From contig CM030931.1 of the NCBI GenBank assembly GCA_018136815.1, positions 5,791,515 to 5,823,514 on the forward strand: a stretch of 32,000 bases of DNA, given 5' to 3'. Each line of letters opens with the position of its first letter. The first letter of the stretch is position 1. Position numbers and translations under genes: made by a program. This DNA comes from Isochrysis galbana. Lineage: Eukaryota. The notes under the pieces were generated by a model. The model did not search any database. It was not told the DNA's origin and saw only the letters and a program-made list of their open reading frames with translations. Of this stretch, positions 21,228 through 31,160 are shown piece by piece.

Positions 21228-23315
21228 TTAATCAACACTTACCACATAGCATTCGTCATCATCGGCGGGATCCTCAGCGACCATGTCTAATTCCCAAGGC
21301 AACACGGTTGACTCCCACCCTTCGAGCTTGGATTCAAGTAACAAGTTTGTGTGAGCCCTCACAAGCCGATCAACCGTGACTTGCCCAAGCCTATTGCGCT
21401 TGCGCGAGTGAATCCAACCTTCCACAGACCAAGCATGTTCGCAACCGGAGGCAGAGCATTGCATGGACACCAAGCGCATCGCAGCCCAGCACAAATGCTT
21501 CCACGGATGCATGTACATCTTGACCCACTTGTACGATGCCATCTTTCGTCCAACCTCCGAAAATGCGTACTGCTCGCATAGGTCGTGAGCCCCGCATGAA
21601 ACAGCCTCTTCAAAATCTGCCAGCTCGCTTAGAAGTGCCGGATATGGGTGATCTACTGTCGACATTTGCCGCAGCACCGCTCGCACATCTTGCTGTTCAA
21701 GGGTGCTGAGATCACGCCTGCAAAATTCAGGCTCGAACCGATATGCCGCGGTCATACACGGGACGTGAAAATACTCCCAACGAGCCATGAAAAAAGCATG
21801 CACCTTCTTCCTTACCCTCTCGTCTACGCCTTCGATAGGATTGTTGTATAGCTGGTCAAGCTGGAGCATGTAGCCGTATACTTTGCCAAGCGTCGCGCCT
21901 GCTCTACCGTCGACCATCCTCAATAGGACAATCGCTGGCTCTAAGAGCCTGATGATGGATCCGACAGTCCCTACGACTTCCTCGTCGCGCACCGCCCTCT
22001 TTGCTTGCATACCCTTTTCTCTTACCTCACGCGGCTGTTTTGATAGCCACTGCTCAAGCTCATCGTCGATAAAGAGCTTCTCGAGTATTTGGACAACGTT
22101 CCGATACCGAACTAGCTTAAGTACTTTGGAGCCGAAGCGTGTCTCCACGTGTCGTAGTAACTCTGTGCCACCGATGGGTCGTTTGTCGCTAGGCACATTC
22201 TCAGCTAGGGCTCGGTATCGCGCGAGGACCTTTTGGTGGTACAAAACAAATTTGACAACATCCCAAACCCGGTCGATGCACTTGGAAAAATCGTGTTCAC
22301 CCCATATGAACTCTCGATCGATTCCCTTCATTCGGATGACCTCCTTATCTGAGCACACATTCTTCATAAAGTTGTCGATGGAATGGGCCGGGCAAATGTA
22401 AGTGAATACATGGGGTGCCTTGGCGGTGATGAGCGGGAAAGACGCTGTGCAAGCGCTGTCCATGCACACACCCACAACTAGACCGGGCTCGAAACCAGCA
22501 ATGTGCTTCAACATAAAATTCGCGATGTATTGCGCGTCCTTCGTTCGTGTCGCCTGATGTGTCAATCGCCTCCAAAAATATGAGCCCAAAGGCATATTGG
22601 CCAGCGCGTTGACGATGGGCCGATGCTGCACGCTTGTCCAACCATCCGAAAGCACGCGAGCAGCTACCCACAAGTCGAAATGGTGCGGTCGCAAGGCAGT
22701 GTGCATCTTTCCCATCGACTTCTCGACGTCGTCGTTCTTCCAGTCAGGCCTCTCACCACGCCATGCTCGTGCGTGCATCTTCGTGTACGCACACCAACGC
22801 AGCTTGAACTCGAGGGGGATCTGATGATGCATGACGTCTGTCGGCTTGGAGGTCTCATTCAGCTTGGGGTCGGTCGGTCCGGGTGTAGGCCCGCGGAAAG
22901 GAGGAAGCTCACGATCGATAGGACCGGCCGCCCAGAAGCAATCCTCACGGCAATTTTCAGGAGGCAGTAGGTCGTCGTCGCTCCAGCCATCCTCTGGCAG
23001 GTCGTAGCCGTCTGCCCACGCTACCTGTGTGATGTTGCGCTTGCCGGCTTTCTTCGCTATGCTGCTCGGGCGCCGCGAATGTCGAGGCCCATCGAGGACC
23101 TCGACGTTGCGGTCAAAGAGGATGGGCTGGTGATTCGGGGGCTGGTACACAGTCATGGTCTTGCTGGCCATCTGGCCGCGCACCTTCGCCGCCTTCTCGA
23201 TCTTCACCTCAGAAGGTGCAATGTCGCGATTGGGCCGCGGCAGGGGTGCCCCTGGAGGGTGCCTAGGAGGAGTGGTCTGTGTGCCCAAAGTAGTGTTGTT
23301 GGCAGTGCCGGGCAT
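21228..23315 (-). CDS. hAT-superfamily transposase, uninterrupted 695-aa ORF
   Basis: The RNase-H-like core has LSDGWTSVQHRPIVNA (first Asp), VGVCMDSACTASF (second Asp) and YICPAHSIDNFMKNV (the CxxH motif). The C-terminal hAT dimerisation domain is CSASGCEHAWSVEGWIHSRKRNRLGQVTVDRLVRAHTNL and contains the catalytic Glu. There are no stops or frameshifts. TIRs and the 8-bp TSD could not be located. Confidence 0.85.
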   Translation of the reverse strand: MPGTANNTTLGTQTTPPRHPPGAPLPRPNRDIAPSEVKIEKAAKVRGQMASKTMTVYQPPNHQPILFDRNVEVLDGPRHSRRPSSIAKKAGKRNITQVAWADGYDLPEDGWSDDDLLPPENCREDCFWAAGPIDRELPPFRGPTPGPTDPKLNETSKPTDVMHHQIPLEFKLRWCAYTKMHARAWRGERPDWKNDDVEKSMGKMHTALRPHHFDLWVAARVLSDGWTSVQHRPIVNALANMPLGSYFWRRLTHQATRTKDAQYIANFMLKHIAGFEPGLVVGVCMDSACTASFPLITAKAPHVFTYICPAHSIDNFMKNVCSDKEVIRMKGIDREFIWGEHDFSKCIDRVWDVVKFVLYHQKVLARYRALAENVPSDKRPIGGTELLRHVETRFGSKVLKLVRYRNVVQILEKLFIDDELEQWLSKQPREVREKGMQAKRAVRDEEVVGTVGSIIRLLEPAIVLLRMVDGRAGATLGKVYGYMLQLDQLYNNPIEGVDERVRKKVHAFFMARWEYFHVPCMTAAYRFEPEFCRRDLSTLEQQDVRAVLRQMSTVDHPYPALLSELADFEEAVSCGAHDLCEQYAFSEVGRKMASYKWVKMYMHPWKHLCWAAMRLVSMQCSASGCEHAWSVEGWIHSRKRNRLGQVTVDRLVRAHTNLLLESKLEGWESTVLPWELDMVAEDPADDDECYVVSVD

Positions 23316-23388
23316 GGGGCAGAGGGGGGGGGGGCGGGGGTAATGCCGTCACGCCTCGCAAGGCGAGTTCGTGCGGGGGTGTGTGTGT

Positions 23389-23454
23389 GGGGGGGGGGGG
23401 GGGGGCGGGGGGGGGGGAGAATGGGGGGGGGGGGGAGGGGAGGAGGGGGGGGGG
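23389..23454. repeat. Cluster of long G homopolymers (G17, G11, G13, G10)
   Basis: G17 at 23389-23405, G11 at 23407-23417, G13 at 23423-23435 and G10 at 23445-23454. A further G11 lies at 23324-23334, just upstream of the hAT ATG. All sit in the divergent intergenic region between hAT and the helicase gene. Confidence 0.95.
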
Positions 23455-23640
23455 CTGTGCATAGAAATGAAAGAGGTAAAGAGGTGAGAAAACGGGAGGG
23501 GTGTTGTTTGGTCACGGAGAGGACCCGTGGGGGAAAAGGGCGGGGGAGGGGGGGGAGAGGAGGGAAACGGGCTCGCGCCAACCTTTCGTGGCAACGTTCT
23601 CCCGCGCTTCTACAACCAAGCACCATTGACGAATTTATGA

Positions 23641-23727
23641 TTGGGAGATCTACCTAGGCCTAGGAGGGGCCCCGTTTCGCTTTCGGAGGCCCCCTAGGGC
23701 CCCGCTAAGCCTCCTAGGGGCTCCCAA
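23641..23727. repeat. Imperfect 87-bp palindrome rich in cctagg and ggcccc
   Basis: ttgggag...cctaggcctaggagg (23641-23667) pairs with cctcctagg..ctcccaa (23711-23727). The centre carries three ggggccc-type motifs. Confidence 0.7.
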
Positions 23728-23893
23728 TATAGCCATATGTGCTATAAACATGTTCATCGTCCACCACGTGGACTACGGAAGTACTAGGGTTAAGTTCTAA
23801 CAGGGAGGAGGAGAGAGGGTTGGGGGGCGGGACAGGACCGGGGGTGGGGGGCGAGCGAGGGGGCGAGGGAGGGAGGCGGGAGGAGGGCGGTCG

Positions 23894-26800
23894 ATGGTGA
23901 GCACGTTGCTCGCGATCGACTCGACGGACGAGGAGGAGGAGGAGAAGGATGAGGAGGTGATGGTGGAGAGTGGTGCACCTGCTTCTGCTTCTGCTTCTTT
24001 GTCTAGCCCCTCCGCGCCGGCTGCTATGCCTGCGGCCTCCTCCTCCTCCTCCTCCTTCTCTTCCTCCTCCTCTTGCTTCTCCTCTTGCTTCTCCTCTTCC
24101 TCCGAGTGGACTTTGGCGGAGGACGACAAGCTTCGGCAGATTGCAGTGAACAAGGGCACGTGGAGCTGGGGCTCGAAGAACACGCAGCAGAGTCTGCCAA
24201 ACCGGACGCCGGACGAGTGCAAGCGCCGGTGGGAGATGCTGCGTGCTCGGGGGGGGTCCATCAGCGCTGCCGCCAACCCGCCATCGCAAGCCATCGCAGA
24301 GAGAGAGCAGCGGAGGGCGAATGCACTCGCACGCAGCGGAGCGCGAGGGGGGGGGAGCGCAAACGGGAAGGCGAGGGAAGCTGGGATGACGGCTGCAGTG
24401 CAGGCGAATGGCGGGAGGGGCTCGGCGGGGGCAAAGGGTACGGCGGCAGCTTCCACCGGCGCGAGGCCTCCGACAAGGGGGCCTACGCCTGTGGCACTTA
24501 CAAGCGCATCGGGGACGACGACGCCCACCACCGCATCCCCCGCCGTGGCTGGCAGCCGAGCGCCGGCGGCGGGGTCGGCGCCGGCCGCCATGCACGTGTC
24601 CGCGGTGCCTCAACCTCGGGCTCCTTCCGCCAATCCATGTGCGCAGGACCTGCGCAAGATGTGGAGCGCGCCCCCCTCCGCGACTGGCCAGCGAGTAGAG
24701 CTGGGGCTGCAGGCCAGCGCCTCTTCGGCAAGTAGGGCACCAGTCAACGGGGCACCGACCCCTGCGCACACCACCGCATTCGACGAGAACGGCTCTCCCG
24801 TGAGCATGGCGGGCTCGTCCGGCTTCTCGCCGGCTAGCGTGCCGACCTCACCCGGCTTCTCGCCTGCTAGTGTGCCGACCTCGCCCGGCTTCTCGCCGGC
24901 CAGCTTGCCGTCTTCGCCTGCTCGCGCCCTTGTAAGTTCCGGGCCAGCGGTGGCGCATTCGGTGGCGACACACGGAGTCTCGGCGACGCAGCTCTTGATC
25001 AGTGCGGTACCTCCTGAGGTCGATGAGTTGTGGCTCAAGCGTCTCTTCGCGGTAAGGCGAGCGTGGTGGCGAGTGGTGGCGAGTGTCTGCGGCGAAGCAT
25101 ATGGCCGGAGTGGCGGTGTTGCGTGAGTGTGATCAGGCGCGTGGCGAGCTGCGATAGGCGAGGCAGCTCTGCGTGAAGCATGCTCGCTCGGAGTCGCTTC
25201 CGCCACACCGTCGTGCCCCCGCCCCCCGCCCCCTTCATGCGCGCTCACCATTGCCCACCATTTGCCATGCAGAAATACGGCAAAATATCCTACCACGAGC
25301 TTTGTGCTCCGAAGAGGTACGCCCTCGTTCACTTCACGCTCCCACATGAGGCAAAGGCGGCAGTCGACGCCCTCTCGAAGCTCCCCGCTGGCTTTGAATG
25401 GCCACAGACCAAGTCGGGCAGAGAGGTTGCAGCGCCACAGCTCCAAATCAACTTCGCTCAGCATTTGCCCGAGCATACTGGGTGGCACCAGGGTGGGCCG
25501 AGCGACGGCTCGAGCAGCTGCTCCAGTGCTCTGAACCGACAAGATTCGGTCGAGTCGTTCCGTCACAGCCCTGCTCGGCGGAGTAGCCCAGGTGGACACA
25601 GATCTACTAGTGCCGGCAGCTCAGCTTTGCACAGCCTGTCACGGGGGCGCAGCCCACGACGGGGACGTAGCCCACCGCAGGGACGCAGCCCTCCACGCCG
25701 GCGACGCAGCCCTCCACGCCGGCGACGCAGCCCGCCGCGGGGACGCAGCCCGCCGCGGGGACGCAGCCCGCCGCGGGGACGCAGCCCGCCGCGTGGGCGC
25801 AGCCCGCCGCGGGGACGCAGCCCGCCGCGGGGACGCAGCCCGCCGCGTGGGCGCAGCTCGCCGCGTGGGCGCAGCCCGCCGCGGGGGAGCAGCTCGTTGC
25901 AGCGACGTAGTCGCAGCCCACATCGCCAGTTGCAAGGACGCAGACTCCCTCCCAGGGGCCTCGGCCGCAGCTCGCCGCGGGCACCCAGTCCCTCCCGCGA
26001 CCGCAGCCACAGCAGACCCCAGAGACGCAGTCCGCGCCGCGGTCTTGGCAGCAGCCCTCCCAAGGGCCGTGGTCCCTCCTCCGAAGTAGATCGGCACTCA
26101 ACGCCGTATGCCAGAAGGGTGTCAGATAAGGCTGAGGCATCGACGGCGGATGCCCGCCATGTTGCTAAGCTCTACCTTGCTCCGCATGACGTCTCGAAGC
26201 TCATCGGTAGTAACGGCTTCAACATAACTCGGTTGAGACAGCTCTGCAAAGCGCACATTGCAATCGGGCCTCGTCCTTCGTCGGCGGCTGAGAAACAGGT
26301 GGTTACTCTGAACGGATCGGCCGATGAAATCTGGGCGGCCGAGTCCATGATATTAAGGGTGACGAAAGAAAGTGGAGAAAGTGTGCCCGCAGCGTTACCG
26401 GACGCCGTGCCAGCAAGCTGCGCTCCGGCCTTGCCAACAGCGAGTGGCTCAAGTATGTGCGAGGGGTCCGGCGGGCCGGCTAGTCAGCGAGAGGAGGCGC
26501 ATACGGGGGCTGCATCCTCAGCACACGGGCCGAGCACGTTTTCTGCATCTGCTGCGCACCGACGAGCTTCGGCCAACAGCGATGAGGTGGGCGGTTGGGC
26601 AACAATCCAGGCTGCAGTGGCGGTGCCAGCTGGACAAGGATGGGTCGCACGGGAATTAGACCAGCAGCAGAGTAAAATGTGGCATGCCGACCCCATAGAG
26701 GACTCTGAAGGGGTGAACTCAAATGGCGACGTTGGAGCATCACATGCAAGCAACGAGGGCCGTGACCGAAAGGACAGCTCAGAATTGAGTAAACGTGATC

Positions 26801-29800
26801 TCAATCACGGCCCAAAATGCGCCGTAACCAAGCGACAGCGCCTCGACGAGCATGGCGGCGTGCATACCAGCGACGTGAGTGCACATCACGAGAGCCGGCG
26901 ATCTGCGGCTGTCCGCGCCCTCTCAGGTTGGTGCTCGAGCCAAGTGGGCCGGAGAGCAGCGATGGAGGCGTCTCGCGAGCACTTTGTCCACGCCACACTG
27001 AGCGGCCTCGTGGGATACGGGCAAGCGCTTGAGGCGTTCCGCCGAGCCGGCGCCGGCACTATGGGCCTCTCCAACGTTGAGGAATCTTTGGCCAATCGCA
27101 CCTTTGGCTCGGTGGAGGAGTATGTCGGCTGTTGGCGGCCGTTGCTTGTGAAGGAGTTGACCGCATCCCTCGTGGAGTCCGACGGCGGTCGGCGCGCGGA
27201 TGATGTGGCTGGCGGGCGGCGCAGTGGCGGCGAGCGAATCGCCATGGGCCATCTGAGGAAGCCTAGGGAAAGGCTGCAGGTGCTGCCCCCCCAAAGCGCA
27301 TCCTCCGCTCCCAAGGGCACAGACGACGTTGCCGAGCCTGCTCTGGATTGCGTCGAGCTCACGGTGCAGTTTGACGGTGGCAATCTGTTCCTGAGCGAAT
27401 GGGATGTGGTACGTGTTGAGAGCAAGAGCGCCGCTTCCGCTCCAGCTCTCGTGGGCATGGTATGGCGGCGGCGAGCGGAGTCGTCGACTGCAGGAGGGCG
27501 CAGCCGGCTAGTGATCTTCTTGAGCATATGGTGCGTCGCCGCGGAGGCGGCGGCAGAAGTCAGCTACGCTAGCCGTGGAGGGGCGAACGGCTCGCAAGCC
27601 AGAGAGGTGGGCCCCGGCAGGAAGGGCAGCCTTGCAGGTGATATGGTGCGAGCGTTGGTGTGGAAGACGCGGGAAGATGGCCGTGCTCCGAAGAGGCCTT
27701 GCCTGCCGCACGTCCCTCCCCCTTCCCATCCCTATCTCAGCACTCCCCTTCCCCTCTTCCAGGCGGATCGGTGGATGTCGTGCCGCAGGAGAGCGAGGTA
27801 GCTGTCGCATTGATTGGCAGCGCCACGAGTGAATGGCGAGAGTGGCAGTCGTTGCACTCGCTCTTGCGCTCCTCGGGGCAGAGCACGGCTCCGTCTTTGG
27901 GCATCTCCGTCGGGCTGAAGCACGCTCTACTGGGGTGCGGTGACCCTACCGCAGCGCGCTCTTCGTCGATGCAAGCAAGTTGGTCCTTCGCGAGCTCGTC
28001 GTCGGACGACCGGTGGCTCAAGCGGCAGAGGCACATGGAAGCGTTTAATACCCGCTTCCGATTGGACCGGGGGCAGGACCTCGCTCTGCGACACGCTGTT
28101 GAGCTCGCACACAAGAAGTACGAGGGCTTCATCCTGATCCAGGGCCCGCCGGGCACAGGCAAGACTACCACCCTGCTAGGGCTACTCAACGTGTTGCACA
28201 ACGCTGCGCAGCAAGACTACTTCGAGGCTCTATTGCGCTCCACCGACAGGTCATCGCGTACGCCTCCAGCTCTTAGTGCCCGGCCACAGGGATCGGCGGC
28301 AGCTCGACCGTCGATCGACGAGCTCTCGTCGAGCGCTGCCAGGATGACCGAAGCGTACGCGGCTCTTCCGCCCGAGCCGGAAGCGGCGGCGGGCCTGCTC
28401 GCCCCGCCGCCACGTGGCGGTCGCATTCTCGTCTGCGCACATTCCAACTGCGCAGTCGACGAGCTCGTTGACAGGATTCTTGGGAAGCGACCCGCTTTCA
28501 TCGACGAGTACGGTGCCGAGTATGTGCCATCCATCGCGCGTGTTGGTTCGCGCGGCGCCGGCGGGCCATGCTCGCTGATGGTTCGCGTCCATGAGAGAGA
28601 GAAAAGTCTGCGAGAGATGGTCCGGGCGGCCCACGGCACCAATGCATTGCGACAGCGTCTACTTGATAATCTGCAAAAGTTAAAGAGGGATGTTGACCAG
28701 TATAGCTCACGGCGTGCCAGATTGCGAGAGCACTTGTCGGACCTTTCCATCTCAATCGGTACGCCGCCGAGCTGCGCCCTTTGTGGTTGGGCCGCAAACG
28801 GGGGATCATCTAGCCATGAGGCCTTCGTCTCCCGCGGCATCGAGGACCTTGACCGGGGCATCATCCACCTTAGGGAACTCGCCTCCGGGCACCACGCGAC
28901 CCTTCGGGGGCTGGGCTGCCTCCCGCACGACGCCCCTCCCGATGGTCCTCCTGATGCGGAGCGCTTCCGGTCAAAATCGATGAAATCGCTGAGGACGTTC
29001 GTCTTAAATGAGTGCCACATCGTCTTTTGCACCATGTCCTCGGCCGCGGAGCCTATGGTCTCCGAGATGCCAGGGGGGTTCGAGATTGTCCTTTTAGACG
29101 AGGCGGCGCAGGCGAATGAGATCGCGACCCTTGTGCCGATGACACACGGTGCCAGACTCGTGTGTATGATCGGTGATCCTAACCAACTTCCTGCTACAGT
29201 GGTGTCACCCGAAGCTAAGGCGTGCGGTTACGGAACGTCCCTTTTTGAGCGGCTGCAGAACACGGGTCACCCGGTCCACGTGCTCGAGACGCAGTATAGG
29301 ATGCATAGTGCTATCCGCGCCTTCCCGTCACGCCACTTCTATGCCTCTCAGCTGATTGACTCCGAGTCCATAACACGCATGGTACGGAAGCCCCCCGGAT
29401 CAGAGATGGGGCCGCCAGCTTTGTTCCGCGTCGGCCGCCACTCAGACCAAACACACCTGTATGAGTTGCGCCTCGCGCCGTATGCGTTCGTTAATGTCCG
29501 CGGGGGCGTGCAGGAACATGGCGCATCCGGGCAGAGCCACTCACTTCTGAACAAAGCTGAGGCGGCCCTATGCGCAGCGCTTGTCTACGCTCTGCGCCGC
29601 GCGGCATGCGGCGTGCCTTCCGACGAGCGGCCGGCGGGCGGCGGGGAGTCCAAGCCGTGCAAGCACTGTGGTCGAGAGCCCTTCGACACTGGCAGCGGAC
29701 GGTGTGGCTGGGGTGATCTGTGTGGCAGGATAGTGGTCCTCACTCCGTACGTTGCACAACGGGACGAGATCCGCAGGGCCATTGCATTGGTCACACAAGG

Positions 29801-30287
29801 GCTCAATTTGCCCCAGGATGCAATCGAGGTTTCTTCCGTCGACGCCTACCAGGGGCGAGAGGCCGACATCGTCTTGCTATCATGCGTACGTGCCGGCACT
29901 GGCCCGATTGGCTTCGTTCGAGATAAGCGTCGCCTCAACGTTGCGTTGACGCGTGCACGGCATGCGCTCTACGTCATCGGCTCAGAGCCGGCGCTCCGCC
30001 AGGGCTCGACCGATTGGAACGCGTTGCTCGATGACGCCAAATCTCGTGGTCTCTGGTGTGATATCGACGAGCACTGGCTTAAGGGCATTCTCACGATTCA
30101 CGGGGGTGAGGGCCACCGCAAGCTTTGCGCTAAATTCATTCAAAGCCTGCCCCACACGCTCCTCGACGGTTGCAAACCAGGGCTATCCGCGCCGCCTCCT
30201 CGAGAAGGACTGCTTGTCGAGCTTCTCCCAAGACCCGGGCGTCCCTATGGTCCACCTCCTGTGATTCCTACGTGGGTGGGGTATTGA
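23894..30287 (+). CDS. Composite RNA-binding helicase: SANT/Myb + RRM + RS repeats + KH + Sen1-type (UPF1-like SF1B) helicase; exons 23894..25060, 25273..27637, 27763..30287
   Basis: Exon 1 carries a SANT/Myb-like domain, EWTLAEDDKLRQIAVNKGTWSWGSKNTQQSLPNRTPDECKRRWEML (24104-24244). The RRM is split by intron 25061..25272: RNP2 LLISAVPPEVDELWLKRLFA, donor GCG|GTAAGG, acceptor tttgccatgcag|, phase 0, then KYGKISYHELCAPKRYALVHF (RNP1). The RS domain with (RSPPRG)n spans 25636-26079. The KH domain, LYLAPHDVSKLIGSNGFNITRL...VVTLNGSADEIWAAESMI, spans 26158-26361. Intron 27638..27762 (CAG|GTGATA, acceptor ccccttcccctcttccag|, phase 1) rebuilds a Gly codon. Helicase motifs are: I ILIQGPPGTGKT, Ia ILVCAHSNCAVDEL, II IVLLDEAAQANE, III MIGDPNQLPATV, IV TQYRMHSAIRAFPSRHFY, V SVDAYQGREADIVLLSCVR, VI GFVRDKRRLNVALTRARHALYVIG. 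The total is about 2018 codons. Confidence 0.8.
25643..25885 (+). repeat. Coding 18-bp minisatellite, about 13 units (ggacgcagcccgccgcgg = GRSPPR)
   Basis: Near-identical 18-mers in tandem, in frame within exon 2 of the helicase gene. The spurious antisense ORFs 25563..26140 derive from it. Confidence 0.9.
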
Positions 30288-31160
30288 TGAAGGCGGTGTT
30301 CTGCGCTTTGTCTAGAACCCGAGCTCTTAATCTTTCGAGTATCCTCCTTCAGGCATCACAAGTCCTCGCCGTGAGCGCTCCATCGTTATTGTGAGTTGTG
30401 ATTACTGCTCAGCTCATGCCAGAAGGCAAAGCATGAGGTTGAGGTTGACCGACAGGACCCCGGAGGGGAATTGGAGCCTGAGGGGGAAGGCACGAGGCGC
30501 CCCCCAATGTAAACCAAGTTATGAGCTATAAACTTGAAAATGCGACCTAATCAAAGAAACCTGTCAGTCCCGCGCGGGTGGCGTGAACACCGAACAACAA
30601 GAAGGGATTTTTCATAAATCTGTTTTTTTCAATCAAGCTCCTGGAGGCTAGCTCAGTCTCGGGGGGCAGAGGAGGCTGGGGCTAGGCCCTTGCCTCCTCT
30701 GTCTCTACCTCGCCGGCGCTCCTAAGCTCCTGGGGCCCCCATGCTGCACCTATTTGCTTGTCAAACAGGGGGGGTGAGCGGTTGGAGCAATGGGAATGGG
30801 CTGGCCCTTGTCTGTGGGCCGAGGACCAAGGAGTGAGGCAGAGCCAGGCAAGCCTGTGGGGAGGGGAATGGGTCAGGAGGGCAGTCTCAGTCTCCTCCTC
30901 GCATGCCATAAGGCCCATGGCGCTCAAGGGGCACCACGCACCCTCGTCCCTGCAAGTGTCGGCAAAGTTGAGGGGTAGAATTGTATATATACATGCTACT
31001 ACTATTATTGTCGATTTAATCCTAGATGATGCGATTTCTAGGCTCTTATTTCCAGGTCCTTCGCCGTGCGGCCACACGGTGAAGCTCAGGTACATCTGGG
31101 TTGGTAGGGTTCGTCCCTAGCGACCTAGAATTCGGGTTCTCGTTTCGTTCCTTCTAGCCT

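Noticed and set aside
20330-23760. hAT terminal inverted repeats, tested by comparing 20330-20420 with 23620-23760.
   Set aside because: Only a short same-orientation match (cgaatt) was found. There is no inverted match or YARNG-type terminus, so no element boundaries are reported.
23714-24769. A 351-aa minus-strand ORF and other long antisense ORFs, for example 23797..24591(-), 24610..25599(-), 25563..26140(-), 26886..27527(-) and 28217..29035(-).
   Set aside because: They lie antisense to exons with clear SANT, RRM, RS and helicase motifs and are Arg/Pro/Gly/Ala-rich low-complexity translations. They are typical GC-driven spurious ORFs.
25643-25885. A CRISPR-like array, suggested by the regular 18-bp periodicity.
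   Set aside because: The units are contiguous with no spacers, lie in frame inside a coding exon, and encode GRSPPR repeats.
6119-27762. The introner hypothesis, that introns derive from one repeated element.
   Set aside because: Pairwise comparison by eye of the resolved introns (6119-6297, 6399-6478, 6651-6750, 13277-13400, 18915-19018, 19222-19328, 25061-25272, 27638-27762) shows no shared sequence beyond the splice signals.
30508-30512. TGTAA as a green-algal-type polyadenylation signal 220 nt after the helicase stop codon, as a clue to taxonomy.
   Set aside because: No comparable TGTAA (or ttaca for minus-strand genes) was found downstream of the other genes examined, including the thioredoxin-fold, desaturase and membrane-protein genes. 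The single occurrence is not informative.
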